From the human T2T-CHM13v2.0 reference genome, Homo sapiens, in NCBI RefSeq assembly GCF_009914755.1, contig NC_060927.1: a DNA stretch of 64,000 nucleotides; one strand, written 5' to 3'. The first letter of the stretch is position 1, and each line of letters opens with the position of its first letter. The position numbers and the translations under genes were made by a program. The notes under the pieces were generated by a model. That model was given only the letters and a program-made list of their open reading frames with translations, was not told where the DNA came from and searched no databases. Shown here one piece after another: positions 1-13,862 of the stretch.

Positions 1-300
1 TATTCAGCTGGTGCTCGGCTGATCTAGACTATCCAAGATGGCTTTATTGATGTGCCTGGTAAATTGTCAGGGACAGTGGCAGGGCTGGGTTCACCTTGGC
101 CTCTCTTTCATTCTCCAGCAAGATAGTCAGACTGCTATATGGCATCTCAAGTTTTCCAGAGACCAAAGCTGAAGATGCCAGTTCTTGAAAAGGCCAGGTC
201 TGAAATGGACATATGTCACTTCTCCCATATGCTTTTATTGAAGCAGCCACAAGCCAGCCCAGATTCAGTGGGAGCAATGTCAAGTAATTTGTGAGCACTT
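1..300 (-). mobile_element. Old MaLR LTR fragment (MLT1-type)
   Basis: Typical MLT1 segments (ccaagatggct..., tgtcacttc...tattg...ccacaagccagcccagattca); similar to the LTRs at 5.1 and 7.5 kb. Confidence 0.6.
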
Positions 301-739
301 TTAATCTTCTATAAAATCAAGACATATCTTAATACCACCAAGCCTTCATGAAGACCCTCTGCAATCCTGACTTCTCCCAAATATGCCACTGCCACCAACA
401 ACAGCAGAGAGAATAAATCTCTCTCTTAAGCTCCCACTACATCACAATTCCTGTTTTAAGGCCTGTGTTTTTTTATTATAGCTACTTTGCATTCTTGCCT
501 TAGTGTCACCATTCATGTTAGGTGTTAACGCTATGCTTTGCCCCTCTATACAAGCTTTGCTGCGTTTACCACAATATTAGTATATAGTAATTATACAAAA
601 ACATGTTAATTGTATCAATACATTACAAAATATTGTTTGTCTACAAAATTGTATATATTATGGCTAGAAACCCTGGTGCTTTATTTAACTTCTAGTAAAG
701 AAAATATAGAATACACCCATGACCTTGCCAAAAATTTTG

Positions 740-1240
740 ACAAAATCAAAATTTAAATAAATCTGTATCACAAAATACCATAAACAAAGTTCAAAGAGAC
801 ATGAAAGATTTGGAGAAAATATTTGTAACGTATATGATTAGAACATGAATTAGTATCCAAATTTTACAAGAAAACCTACAAAACAATAGAAAAAGATAAA
901 CCACACAAGAGAAAAATGTGCAAAGGATATAAATAAACCATTCACAAAAGTAAAAATACAAATGACCAAGAAAAGATGCTAAATCTCACTAATAAACAGG
1001 GATTTGCAAATTACAATCACGATAATAGCATTCTGCATTTTAAAACTTGGCAATATCAATTCTTAGCAATACTCTAAAGAAATGGGAACTGCTATATAGA
1101 AAGCAATATTCTAAAGAAATGAGAACTGCTGATAGAACTGAAATTGGTACAGATACTTTGGAAGCTAATTCAGCGGTATTTACTGAAACAAAAAATATAT
1201 ATATACACCCTCTGTGACCCAGTAATTCCACTTCTCATTA
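740..1240 (+). mobile_element. Ancient L1 (L1M-type) ORF2 3' fragment, with a ~37-bp internal tandem duplication at 1065-1137
   Basis: A-rich degenerate L1 sequence (ggagaaaatatttg...aaggatataaata...aaaagatgct...tcactaataa). Confidence 0.65.
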
Positions 1241-2586
1241 ACTTTCCTTGTTCCCATGCAAAAGGAAACATTTTTATATTGTCAAAATTATTGACAAAGT
1301 TTATTATATTTTACTATACTTTAAAATAGCAGTTAAATAAAATGCCTGTTGTACTAGCCATAACCTACACATTTTTGTAGGCAGGTATTATCTTGAGTGT
1401 ATTAATATAATTGATCTCTTTCATATAATTATTATGTGTAAAGAATTATGTTAAAAGTTAGTAAGTTATATAGAATTATTTTTAAACATGAAAAAAAAAA
1501 AAACAACCAGAAACAACCTAAATGATCATCAATAAGGGAAGTGCTAAACAAAAGTTATTATAATCTCAGGTTTTAAAATGGGGGTATATTTTTGTGTATT
1601 AACATGTACTGGTCTCCAGGACAAATTACCAAGTAAAGTAGAACATGGTAGAACATGGTAGAACATTATATATATAATTCATATATATATATATATATGA
1701 ATTCTATTTATGTTAAATAAAAACAATACAATACTATATATTGTTATGATTTTGTAATAATGACATGTAAGTGCAAAGAATAAGGTCTGGAAGAATATTT
1801 AGAGAGTTGTTTATAGCGGTGAACTGGAGAGACAGTGAGAGGGGCTGAAATTCAAAGCAGAGATTAAAAAAGGACTTTAGTCCCATGTTTCAGTTTCTAC
1901 TAAGACAATATATTTATTTGTGACAAGTAAAAATAATTTTTAAAATTAATCACAAATATTTTTATTTCAGAACATTTGAAGAGGTAGGTTACTATATATC
2001 AGTAACAAAATGAGATGTCCACGTTTTATTTTTAAGTGAACAAAGTATGTTTCAGAGCAATTTGTGTAATACAACTTCATTTGACTAAAGAAGGAGAAAA
2101 AAATCTGTTACATTGACATGTGTTGTATTTAAGTGGGAAATACATGGAAATGGAAAGATTCCCACAAACTGGTGTTGGTGATTACTTTGTAGGGGAAGAG
2201 AGTTAAGATGATAGGTAGAGAGGACAGGAGAAGATTTTTTTTTTAAGTGCTTCTGTACTGTTTCAATTTTATGAGCATGTACTATTCTTATAATTTTTAA
2301 AAATCCAATTTAAAAAGTTAATTCAGGGTAGCCTACATGGCTAGTTATAAAACATCCTAAATTTCACATCTAAACCATGGACTATTTACAGGTCTCATTT
2401 TTGCTTAAAAGATGGAAGCATTTGTATGTAAGGGACTGACTTGAAGTTTATGCATTAAATCAATAGATAACAATCTTCTCAGTTCATGTGTTCACTGATC
2501 GGCCTCCTCCATCAGGAGTGAAGGAAATAGAAAAATGCAATGATTCTTTTCTAACGGTTAGGGAAAATGCTCTAAAAGGGACTCAT

Positions 2587-2914
<328 letters not shown>

Positions 2915-3641
2915 TCATTACTTTTTATTATGATTGCTTTGTAAATCTTCAGGCAAAGGGTGTAAGAGCTAAATAATCTGAACAAAATCTGGATCAAAAA
3001 ATTTGATATAGACCAAATTATAAAGCAAGTATTGGAAGAGACTGTAGTAATTGTGCAATCACCTTAATTAACATAGTCACTAAGGGGTAAGTGTATAAAC
3101 TGACATTGTTACTGTCCCACCCCTTTTTGCCCTCAGAAAAAGAAAAAGAGTTTTACAGAAAGTGTCTGTTTTGATGGTATCAAACATGGTAGGAAGAGCC
3201 TCTTCCTTTTATCATTTCCTGTTTGTCAGTTTTCTATCTAGGTGTCAGGTTTAAATTTGGTACATGCAGTATGCAGTGAATTATTCTCAAGCAAAAAAAG
3301 GCAAAGACAAAGAAACAACACCTCAGATTATGCATTTGAAAATAAAATATAATTTAATGCATAAAGCAATGTTATTTTTTATAGTTTAATAACTAATCTG
3401 CTATAAATTGAGTTAAAATACGTAATGCCAGTGAGTGCCAGAATTAAATATGGCTCTAATTGTTTGTAAATTGTGAGACTGTGATTTGAAGCTTGATTTG
3501 GGAAATGCTGACATTGCAAGATTATAAAGTAAAAGTCATAATGAAGAATGATAAATTCCAAAATGGAGAAAAGTCAAAGTTGAAATGCCAAGAGAAAATA
3601 TAAGGCAAGAACCTCCAAAGAAAATGATAAGAAGTGAAAGA

Positions 3642-3815
3642 TGGCCAAGCACAGTGACTCACACCTGTAATCTCAGCACTTTGGGCAGGCCAAGCTGAAG
3701 ATTGCTTGATCCCAGGAGTTTGAGGTTAAAGTAAGCTATGATTGCACCACTGCACTCCAGCCTGGGTGACAGAATAAGACCCTGTCTCTAAACAAACAAA
3801 CAAACAAACAATAAA
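3642..3815 (+). mobile_element. Alu monomer (FRAM/AluJ-like) with (AAAC)n tail
   Basis: Single monomer ending gacagaataagaccctgtctct; flanking AGTGAAAGA on both sides. Confidence 0.85.
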
Positions 3816-4019
3816 ACAGTGAAAGAGTATTCTAACAGAAAATAAGAAATACAATAGCACTGATCAAATCACAGGATTTGTATTGGATTCACATGTACAA
3901 AAATGTAGCTCCCTCTTAGCTATTATGCAGAGAAAAGGAAGAGGGAAAAACCCTATTAGGTCTTCCTGATGATTGACCCTAAGAATAATGAAGCACTAAG
4001 AGAATTTTCTCTATGCCTG

Positions 4020-4380
4020 TGATATGGTTTGGCTGTGTCCTCAACCAAATCTCATCTTGAATTGTAGCTCCCGTAATTCCCACATGTTGTAGGAGGGACC
4101 TGGTGGGAGATAATTGAATCATGAGGGTGGTTCCCCCATATTGTTCTCATGATGGCAAATAAGTCTTACGAGATTGCATGGTTTTATAAGGGGTTTCCCT
4201 TTTCACTTGGCTTTTATTCTTTCTTCCCTGCCACCATATAAGACATGTCTTTGGCCTTCTGCCATGATTGTGAGGCCTCCCCAGCCATGTGGAACTGTGA
4301 GCCCATTAAATATCTTTTTCTTTATAAATTATTCAGTCTCAGGTATATTTTTATCAGCAGCATGAAAATGGACTAATAAA
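4020..4380 (+). mobile_element. THE1 solo LTR (MaLR)
   Basis: Starts TGATATGGTTTGGCTGTGTCC, ends GGACTAATAAA; 5-bp TSD GCCTG (4015-19, 4381-85). Confidence 0.93.
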
Positions 4381-4444
4381 GCCTGTGTGTGCCTGAGTAA
4401 ATAGTAGAGTATAGCCATATCTGGATTTTCTAGTACAATACCAG

Positions 4445-4930
4445 TTTATTTATTTTTAAATGTGAAATAATTGACACAGTCAAATGCACAAACCTTTAGT
4501 GTATAGCACAATTAATTTTACATATGTATACATCCATGTAACTATTATCCAGGTCAATATATAAAAGATCCTATCACTATAGAAGATTTTTTAAAGTGAT
4601 CCTTCCTAGTCATTTCCTTTTCCTCCAAAGGTAACCAGCCATACAACTCCTGTTATCGTAGTTTAATTTGCATGTTTTTGAACTTAATATCAATGAAATC
4701 ATACAGTATGTAGACTCATGTGTTTGGCTTCATTCATTGTTTAATGACATTTCCATTGTTTCCATTTGGGAATCATTATGAATGAAGCTACTATGAGCAT
4801 TCTTTAAGAGTGTTTTGGTGGACATATGTCTTTATTTGATATTCTTTGAGTATATACATAAGAGTAAAATTGCTGACTCATAGGTCGGATGTATGTTTAA
4901 CTTTATTAGAAATTGACAAAATTTTCCAAA
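4445..4930 (-). mobile_element. Old L1 (L1M) 3' end
   Basis: T-rich antisense L1 3'UTR motifs (catccatgtaact..., atcatacagtatgt..., aattgctg...catagg). Confidence 0.7.
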
Positions 4931-5797
4931 TTAAGAATTGTGGTATGCATTATATATTAGCCTCATTCCTGATCCTATTTTCTGCTCATCCTTGATTTTT
5001 CATATATATTTCTCATACTTTCATACTTTTTTTACCTTACTCTTTATCATGACTGGCTAGGTATTTAATTTTCAGAGGTGGAAAGATAACCAACAACTCA
5101 ATGATAAATTTATAATTCATATGTCATGGTTTTCTGGTTATCTATTGTTGTATAACAAACTCCTCCAAAATTTAGTATCTTGAAACAACAAAAATTATTT
5201 GTTTTGCTCACAAATCTGCAATTTTGTTAAGGCCCATTGGAAATAGCTTGTCTCTACTCATCAGCTTGAATGACTCAGCTGTGGCTGGAGGGTCCACTTC
5301 CAAGACAGCTCACTCACATGGTTGACAGGTTGATGCTTATTTCAGATGGGTGCTCAATTGAAGCTGTTAGACAGGGATCTGGATATCTTTCCCTGTGGGA
5401 AACCGTTTCTCCATAGGGTTGCTTGAGCTTCCTCACATCATGGCAACTGGTTTCTAAGAATAAATGTTTTGGAAGAAAATAAGGAAATGGAAATTCCGAT
5501 TTCTTAAGGCCTGGACCCAAAACTGACAAGTGTCACTTCTGTATTCTATTGGTCAAAACAGTCATGGAGCCTCCCCAGATTCAAGGGGAAGGGATATGAA
5601 TGCCTACCCCTCAATGGGGGAAATAGCAAAGAATTCTCAGTCACTTTAATCCACACCATATACTCTTTGGCAAAAAATAAAAATTATTTATATTCCCCCC
5701 ACATGTAAAATACACTCATTCTCTGCCAAGAATGTCTTAGCCCATTACAGCATCAGCCTCAGGCTCAAGGCATTAAATATTGTCATCTAAATAAGGT

Positions 5798-6184
5798 TGT
5801 ATTACCTAGCTCAGGTCGCCATAAAAAAATACCATGGACTGGATGCCTTAAACAACAGAAATATTTTTTCTCACAGTTCTGGAAGCTGCAAAGTCCAAGA
5901 TCAAGATTCAACAATGTTCATTTCTGGTGAAGGCTCTCTTTCTGGACTGCAGATGACTGCAATCTCTCAATGTCATCACATGGCAGAGAGAGAGAGAGAG
6001 AGAGAAAGCGCTCTCTTCTTCTCTTCCTCTTCTTATAAGGCCATAGTCCTATTGAATCAGAACCTCACCCTTATGACCTCATTTATCCTTGATTACCTCC
6101 TAAGACCCTATCATCAGATATAGTCCCACTGAGGGTTAGGGCTTTATCATATTAATTTTGGGTAACACAGTCCAATCTATAGCA
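5798..6184 (-). mobile_element. MLT1A-type solo LTR nested in the MaLR internal region
   Basis: gccataaaaaaataccatggactggatgccttaaacaacagaaat...tctcacagttctgga...; ends ctatagca. Confidence 0.85.
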
Positions 6185-7242
6185 CACATCTAGCTGCTGA
6201 TACTCAGGTAACGTTTCTTGAGTATAGGTCACTGAGTGTAGATCCTGTTGATGAGAACCTGTAAGTTAACAAGAAAAGTGTTCTCAACCTATAATAGTGA
6301 GAAAGAGATTGGATAACTGTAATAGACAGTCCCACTCAAAAAGGAAGGGAACAAAAGCATAGCAGTCACAGATCCACAGCAATTCTGAAGCCCAATCTGG
6401 CACATGGCACCAGTCCCTTTGATAAGGGTCTAGTTCTGCTGTGAGTGATTAACCGTGGCTCTTAGCTTTGACCTCTGGGCTCTAGGATCTTCCCTCTGAA
6501 TTATTTCACATCAATTTAAAAAGGTCTGTGTTTGCAGCAAGGTAGATATCTTAGCCTGCTTCTTAACCATATAAATTAATTTTATGTTATCTCTCATTCC
6601 AAGCTGCTTTGATTCCTTTAACAATTTTATAGAGTTGTATATCAATTTATAAAAAACTCCCATAAACAAAGGTACGCTTACATTTTTCTGAGATGAGTCC
6701 TTCTATATCTGGGCCATGTGTAAGTCTGCTGTGGAGCAATAACTTTAAGATTTCTAAAATCCATATTCTTTAGCTGAACGGTCTATAAAAGGCTGTCTTT
6801 AAATCTTTTTGAGATATTAACAAAGGGTCTTACATCTACATACTTGAAATATTTACTCTGAAATCATGTTCTGATGATAGCTCTAGATTTTATCTTGCTG
6901 TTTATTACTCTGAAATATTTTACTGCAAGACACAGGGGATGGAAAACAGTTTTATCTTCAAGACAAGCAAGTCCTGAATATTTTCTATTTCCTCTAAATT
7001 TGACTCAAAAACTTAACAGTTAATTCTTCATTTCCTCTCTCTCTTCTTACAAGCAGTTAAGAAGTTAACTTATAAATTATCACAATCAGTAGAAGCAGCC
7101 AGTTGGAACTTTCTACATTCTGCCTGGAAATCTCCACAGCCAAGTCCATGAGTGCTTTATATATTTATTCTTTCTATTTTCCCAGTTACCACAGACAGCA
7201 GTGTTGACAAACCATGTGACACAACATAACAAGGATCGTTTT

Positions 7243-7296
7243 CCCCTCATTCTCAAATAGCACTTTCCTCCCCTCATTCTCAAATAGCACTTTCCT
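7243..7296. repeat. Perfect 27-bp tandem duplication
   Basis: CCCCTCATTCTCAAATAGCACTTTCCT x2. Confidence 0.95.
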
Positions 7297-8720
7297 CCTC
7301 ATCATAGGAGCCCTCAGCAGTGGCCTCTTGAGGCCCTTTGAGCTTTCGTTTCCAGTCTCCTTGAGGCTCTTTCAACATTCACCCACTGCCCAGTTCCAAA
7401 GCCAATATCATATGTTTAACGTTTTTGTTATGGAGCATCCCTTTTCCAGGAACCATTGCTGTACAAGAAATTATGCCAAAATGTAATGGTTTTGAACAAC
7501 AGTCATTTAATTATACCTCATTTTTTTGTGGGTCAGGAATTTTGGCAGGGCTCAGCAGAGTGATTCTTCTGCTCCATGTTACATTGACTGAGCTAACTCA
7601 GTGGTACTGAGTTGCAGCAAATGGGTTGGTTTGGAAGGTCCAAGACAGCTTCTTCATATGTCTGAAGCATTTTGATGGGGGTGGCTGGAAGTCTGGACTT
7701 AACTTGAGTACCTACATGTGACCTCTCCGGCATAACTGCCTCAGGGAGTTGGAATTCTTACAAAGCACATTAGGACTTCCGGTGAATGTATTCCAAGGAA
7801 CCAAAGCAGAAGCTCCTAAGCTTATTCTGACCTGGGCTTGGAAGACCTACAATGTATTCCTTCTGCCACATTCTACTAGCTATGAGTGAGTCACAGGACC
7901 TGAAGGCCAAGGGCGAGGGGGTGAAGAGAAACAAGGAAGTTTGGTTCATTGGGGGACAATCTTTGGACACTTGATATATGGTACAAAATTAGTATGTTAC
8001 TTGAAGACTAATAAGAAGCATTGCAATGTCACCATTCTTTATCCAACCAACAAATTAGCATGGCCTACTTTTAGCTATTATGGGCATTCTCTGTGTTGTG
8101 TAATCACGGGTAAATTATTTCAACTTTCTGTAATTCATTTTTGTCATTTGTTAAGTGTGGTTGATAATACCTACGTCATAAATTTGTTGGGAGATTATAA
8201 AGTGTTTAGTTGAGTGTCTAGCACAGAGTACATGTGAGGCATAAAATATAAATATGCAATATTATTCATCATTATTCCTATAGGAATTCTATCAAAAAGG
8301 AATTATATGTAACATAATAAACAAAAAAAACAAACACAGAGAAAGTACTGAGAGCTAACAAAAGTGATTTTGTTTTATTGTTGAATCTCAGATATTTATA
8401 AATGGTATTTATAAATAGTGAGTAGAAAAGTGAAAGGGCATTGATACAGTTGAGCTTACCTTAGGGCAATACTAATTTATACTTCTAAATCTCTCAATGA
8501 TGCTGGTAGGTCTCAAAATTGTTCTGGAGAATGTTCCAAAGATGAGGTAAAAAGAAGATTCATGTCATCCATAGAGTCTTCTCTGGTTTAGACTATTCCT
8601 AAGAATGAAAAGTCATCTGCTTTACACCCTCAGGGAACTAGTCTGTTTAAGAACCAATTGTAAATTTAAGAGGAACTTCAGAGTTATTAAATTTTTTACC
8701 CCAAATCTGAGAGCCTATAG

Positions 8721-9131
<411 letters not shown>

Positions 9132-11392
9132 AGCATTCAAAATCTTAATCCTCAAGATTTCCTCCAAAGGAAGACATCTTCATTTCCAAGACCGCAAACA
9201 GACCTTTCTCTCAACCCATTTGCACTTGCTCTCTCTTAGGTCTGCAGATGGCCAAGTAGTAGGGCTGAAATAAGCTCATGAGGGCATGGCACTCCCCTTC
9301 CTCAGGAGACATGCTCAATGAAGACGAAGTTTCTTTTCTGGAATCTCTTTGAGAGGCACGAGTCACTGGTCTTGGTCACATTTCCCTCTCTTCTTTTCAA
9401 CCAATTTTCTCTCAACACAGACATGTTTGCTGTCATAAAGTTGTAAACATATCTGTGATGCTGCTGGAGCTAAGCATTTTCAGATGTGTGGTTAATTGAG
9501 GCCTTCTAGGAAGGTCAGATTAGGCCTGAGAACTAAAGTGTCCTACATGTAAGGGGGGTCATGGTGATAAATTATAGTCATTCTTATTTATTGACTGGTA
9601 GTACAGTAGCATGGAGTTGAGAATTTAGATTACGAAAGAGTAACTAAATATGAATTGACTAGCCCATGTGCAATGATGCAAAATAATATGTTACCAACAG
9701 ACTGATTAGAAATGTGGGAATGCTATGCTCCTGGTCCAGCTACTTGGATTTTTATCTCATTTTTCTTCTACCAAAAACCTAGTGGCTTGAATTTGCTTGC
9801 CTTATGTCATACCCAAACCAAGAGGAAAGGAGCAATTTGGGGCTATGGATTTATAATGGGAGGCACTTAGAAAACAGTTGGAAAGGCATTGACCCAAGCT
9901 TGCAGATCTCTGAGCAACAACCTTGTCTGAGTGTCTTTCCATACAGAACCATGCCTGGAAGAATATTTGCATCCACATATCTAAAGAAGCAAGAAAGCAT
10001 ATGAGATGAAAGAGTCATTTTTCTGAATGAGAGAAGCAAATTTTAGTTCATTTTCAGTGCTTGGTTTACGTTTTAAAGAAGACTAACAACATTAATGATC
10101 AAGTGTAGGACCGAAGCTAATACTAATCTAGAAATTGTTATCTTTCATGGTGGATTAAAATCTGAGCTTATTTTTACTTCAAAAATGAATGTGGTTAAAG
10201 GTCAACTTCTATCCCTTAGTGTCTCATTTCAGTCACGACACCCTTCACATCAAAGCTAATTCACTGAAATAGAAAAATCAGATCTCCAAAGAAGTGATGA
10301 GGCAGATTCTAAATTAACAGACTTCATCATTAGGGTAAGGGAGCAGCAGCAAATCAAAAGTCAGTTGGAGAGCTCATTATTATTATTGTGCTTATAATAA
10401 TAAGTTCTCCATTATTATATTTTCATTATTATTTTGAGTTACTTGACTGCTTAGAAGTTTCGCTGTATTTAATTAACCTTTCAGAGGACAAGTCTATAAT
10501 TTCTGACTTTGCCCTATTGAAGTTATAGCAATTGTTAAAACCTGAAAAAGAGTTTCTGTTCCATTTTCTAATTCCATGAAAGACTGACTCATTTGTAAAA
10601 TGCCTCCACATTTGTAACTGAAGATATGCACCAATTCACTCAGGAAACAAGCCTTGCTATACATGAGAGATCAATTGTTTTATGAAATGAAATTAAAAGT
10701 GTAAATGCTGTTAATGTTTTAAAGATCAATTGAAAGTACTCCTTAAGCTCATTTGACCAAGCAGTTTTTTTCCCATTTTTTGAAATCACACCTGTGTTAA
10801 GGCATGCACTCTTTTCCTCTATCTGGTAAGCACAAGGTGTGGGAACTGGTGCAATAGATAATTAATCTCTATTGCTATCTATAGTTTCATAGTTAACACT
10901 GTCTTAGCAGAAGTGTGAAAACACATTCACACCTTTGAAAATGGATGATTAACTAATCAAATGACAATATGAATGTCAGACAAAATTACAGAAATGACTG
11001 CAAGGCAGAGCTATTTATGATTATAACATTCTATTTAATTATTAAGGGTGGATTGTTCAGTATAATCTGTGCTCCTCAAACATCTAGGCAGATTCTCAAC
11101 TTTTTAATTGCAGGACTCCTCAAAAAAGAATGAAGAAAATTTTAGATTTCCCCTTAATTAAGGAGTTTTAAATACAAGAGGTTAAAAAGGAAAAGAGAGG
11201 TACAGTTCAAGACCACCTGCAAAAGGGAGCCAAGAAGCGATAATCACATTTGAGTGAACTGTCAATTTTTTCCTCTGGACTTTGTAATTTCCATTTAAAA
11301 TGCAGAATAATCTGAATACATATTTGAATATTCAGTCTATCACAGCAAAGTCTCTTTTGATAGTCTGATGTGTAAAAATCTAAATTGGGAGG

Positions 11393-11765
11393 TGTATTAG
11401 TTCATTTTCAAGTTGCTAATAAAGACATACTCGAGAATAAGTAACTCTTAAAGAAAAAAGTTTAATTGAGTCACAGTTCCACAGGGCTTGGGAGGCCTCA
11501 GGAAACTTACAGTCATGGCACAAGGGGAAGCAAACATGTCCTTCTTCACATAAGGGCAGGAAGGAAAGAATGAGAGCAGAGCAAAGTGGGAAGCCCCTTG
11601 TAAAACCATCAGATCTTGTGAGAACTTACTATCACGAGAATAGCATGGGGAAAACTGCCCCCATGATTCAATTACCTCCCACCTGGTCCCTCCCACCACA
11701 CATGGAAATTATTGGAACTACAATTCAAGATGAGATTTGGGTGGAGACATAGCCAAACCATATAA
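11393..11765 (-). mobile_element. THE1 solo LTR (THE1D-like)
   Basis: TGTATTAG...CAAACCATATAA; TSD GGAGG (11388-92, 11766-70). Confidence 0.93.
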
Positions 11766-12956
11766 GGAGGTAGGACCCTATATTCATTATCTTGCTAATT
11801 TTCTAAGTTAACTGTGTGTAAAGTTTAAGAAATGATCATTGGAAAAAGACAATGACACTCTTGGAGGAATGCAGATCTAATAATCGAATGTTTAAAACCA
11901 ATATTCCATGTACCTTGTATTAAAAGCCTTTAGAATAAAAGTATCTATCCATATTTATATTTTAAAGCCAAAGTGTATATTAGTGGCTCATATATCATAT
12001 TGCCTTATAGTGTAGTATTTTAAGGACATCTTAACTGCCCTCTAATGCCTTGAAATCTGGCTACATATCTGACTTATTACCCTGCCCCTAATTAGTAGTG
12101 TTTCATACTAAGTAAGCACTCTCGTCTATTGAATAAATGCTAATGGTAAATGATGAGACAAAAGTTGCCATCAAGTTGCATTTTTATGAAAAAAAGTGGT
12201 TATGAAAAGCAAGAAAAAGCATGATTTTCAATTTATAAATTAGTCACACATTTCTTTGTTATACAGAAAATAAAAATTATACTAATTAGCAATCATTTAT
12301 TAGCACCAAGTGAATATTCTGTCAGCTGTTTGACCTTGTAGTTATTATTGCCCACCTTGAATGTGTGTAGTGATGTAGGTATATACACATACCTATTTTC
12401 CCACCTGCAACCCACTGGTAACTTCTGTTGCCCTTTCTTTCCTGAGACCACCCTGGTCCAGATCTTTCCCATTTTTCTTCACCTTGACTTCTTAATAACA
12501 TTCGACACCACACAATATCCTTCCTTTTTGAAACATTAGTTTCTCACCTCCAACATCAGAGATTATAATTCCACATGAGATTTGGTGGGGACAGATCCAA
12601 ACCATATCACATACACATGTACACATGCATGCACGCATACTTAGGGCACCACTCTCTGCTCCCAAGCCTACACCTACACTAGGCTTTCTGCTCTTGGTGA
12701 CTGAAGAGCTATTCATTCAGCCACCTGGGTGGATACCTAGGTGTCGCCCTTTACACTTCCCGCTCATGCACCCACACACCTAATCTCTCACCATGTTCTA
12801 TTAATTCTACCTCCCAAACATTTCTTGGATTTGTCCCCTTCCATTCATCCTCACTGGCCTGCCCCAGTCTGGGCAATACCTGTCTTGCTTCATATATCAC
12901 AACATCCTACTAGCATGTCTTGTTGCTTACATCTTGCCCCTTTCTGTTCATTCTCC

Positions 12957-13385
12957 TAACCAAGCCAAATGTCCAACAATGATAGACTGGAAAATGTGGC
13001 ACATATACACCATGGAATACTATCCAGCCATAAAAAATGATGAGTTCATGTCCTTTGTAGGGAAGTGGATGAAGCTGGAAACCGTCATTCTCAGCAAACT
13101 ATCGCAAGGACAAAAAACCAAACACCGCATGTTCTCACTCATAGGTGGGAATTGAACAATGAGAACATATGGACACAGGAAGGGGAACATCACACACCGG
13201 GGCCTGTTGTGGGGTGGGGGGAGGGGGAGGGATAGCATTAGGAGATATACCTAATGTTAAATGACGAGTTAATGGGTGCAGCACACCAACATGGCACATG
13301 TATACATATGTAACTAACCTGCACGTTGTGCACATGTACCCTAAAACTTAAAGTATAATAAAAAAAGAAAAAAAAATTTAAAATG
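12957..13385 (+). mobile_element. 5'-truncated young primate L1 (L1PA3-5-like): end of ORF2, 3'UTR, polyA
   Basis: ORF2 C-terminal peptide MWHIYTMEYY...RMFSLIGGN; canonical 3'UTR with G-rich tract and A tail. Confidence 0.95.
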
Positions 13386-13409
13386 AAAAAAATTAAAAGA
13401 TTTTTTAAA

Positions 13410-13816
13410 CGGTGGTCTTTAAGCTTTTTTGCCTACAAACCCCCCAATAGAAATTTTCAAAATTATATGTAATGTTTAATTATATGTAATGTTTAAGTAA
13501 AACTTATTTTACTGTAAATTTAAATAATTTCAAAGGCTAGAATATCTGATACAATGTAAACAGTGATACAGAAAATATAAAGAACATTTATTTGGATACA
13601 TTCAAAAGAGGACACAGTTGTGTCCTCAAAAGTCATTTAATGCCTGCCATTGGCCTCTTTAAAAATACCTGAACAAGTTCACAAGTTCTTCTCTAAGAGT
13701 TAGTGATTTTATGGTTTTTTTCTCAAACTTATATTTCTATTATACTTCCTCCACAGATTTTATCTTAACAGAATAATTTTTAGTCTTTTATTGATTATTC
13801 TGTTACTGCAGCAAAA

Positions 13817-13862
<46 letters not shown>

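Larger units (their letters stand above)
5125..7970 (-). mobile_element. MLT1-type MaLR element: LTR (~5125-5660), internal region (~5660-7455), LTR (~7455-7970)
   Basis: Two same-orientation MLT1-like LTRs. The interior has MaLR-int hallmarks (cccacatgtaaaatacactc...cccattacagcatc; cccagttccaaagcc). Confidence 0.65.
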
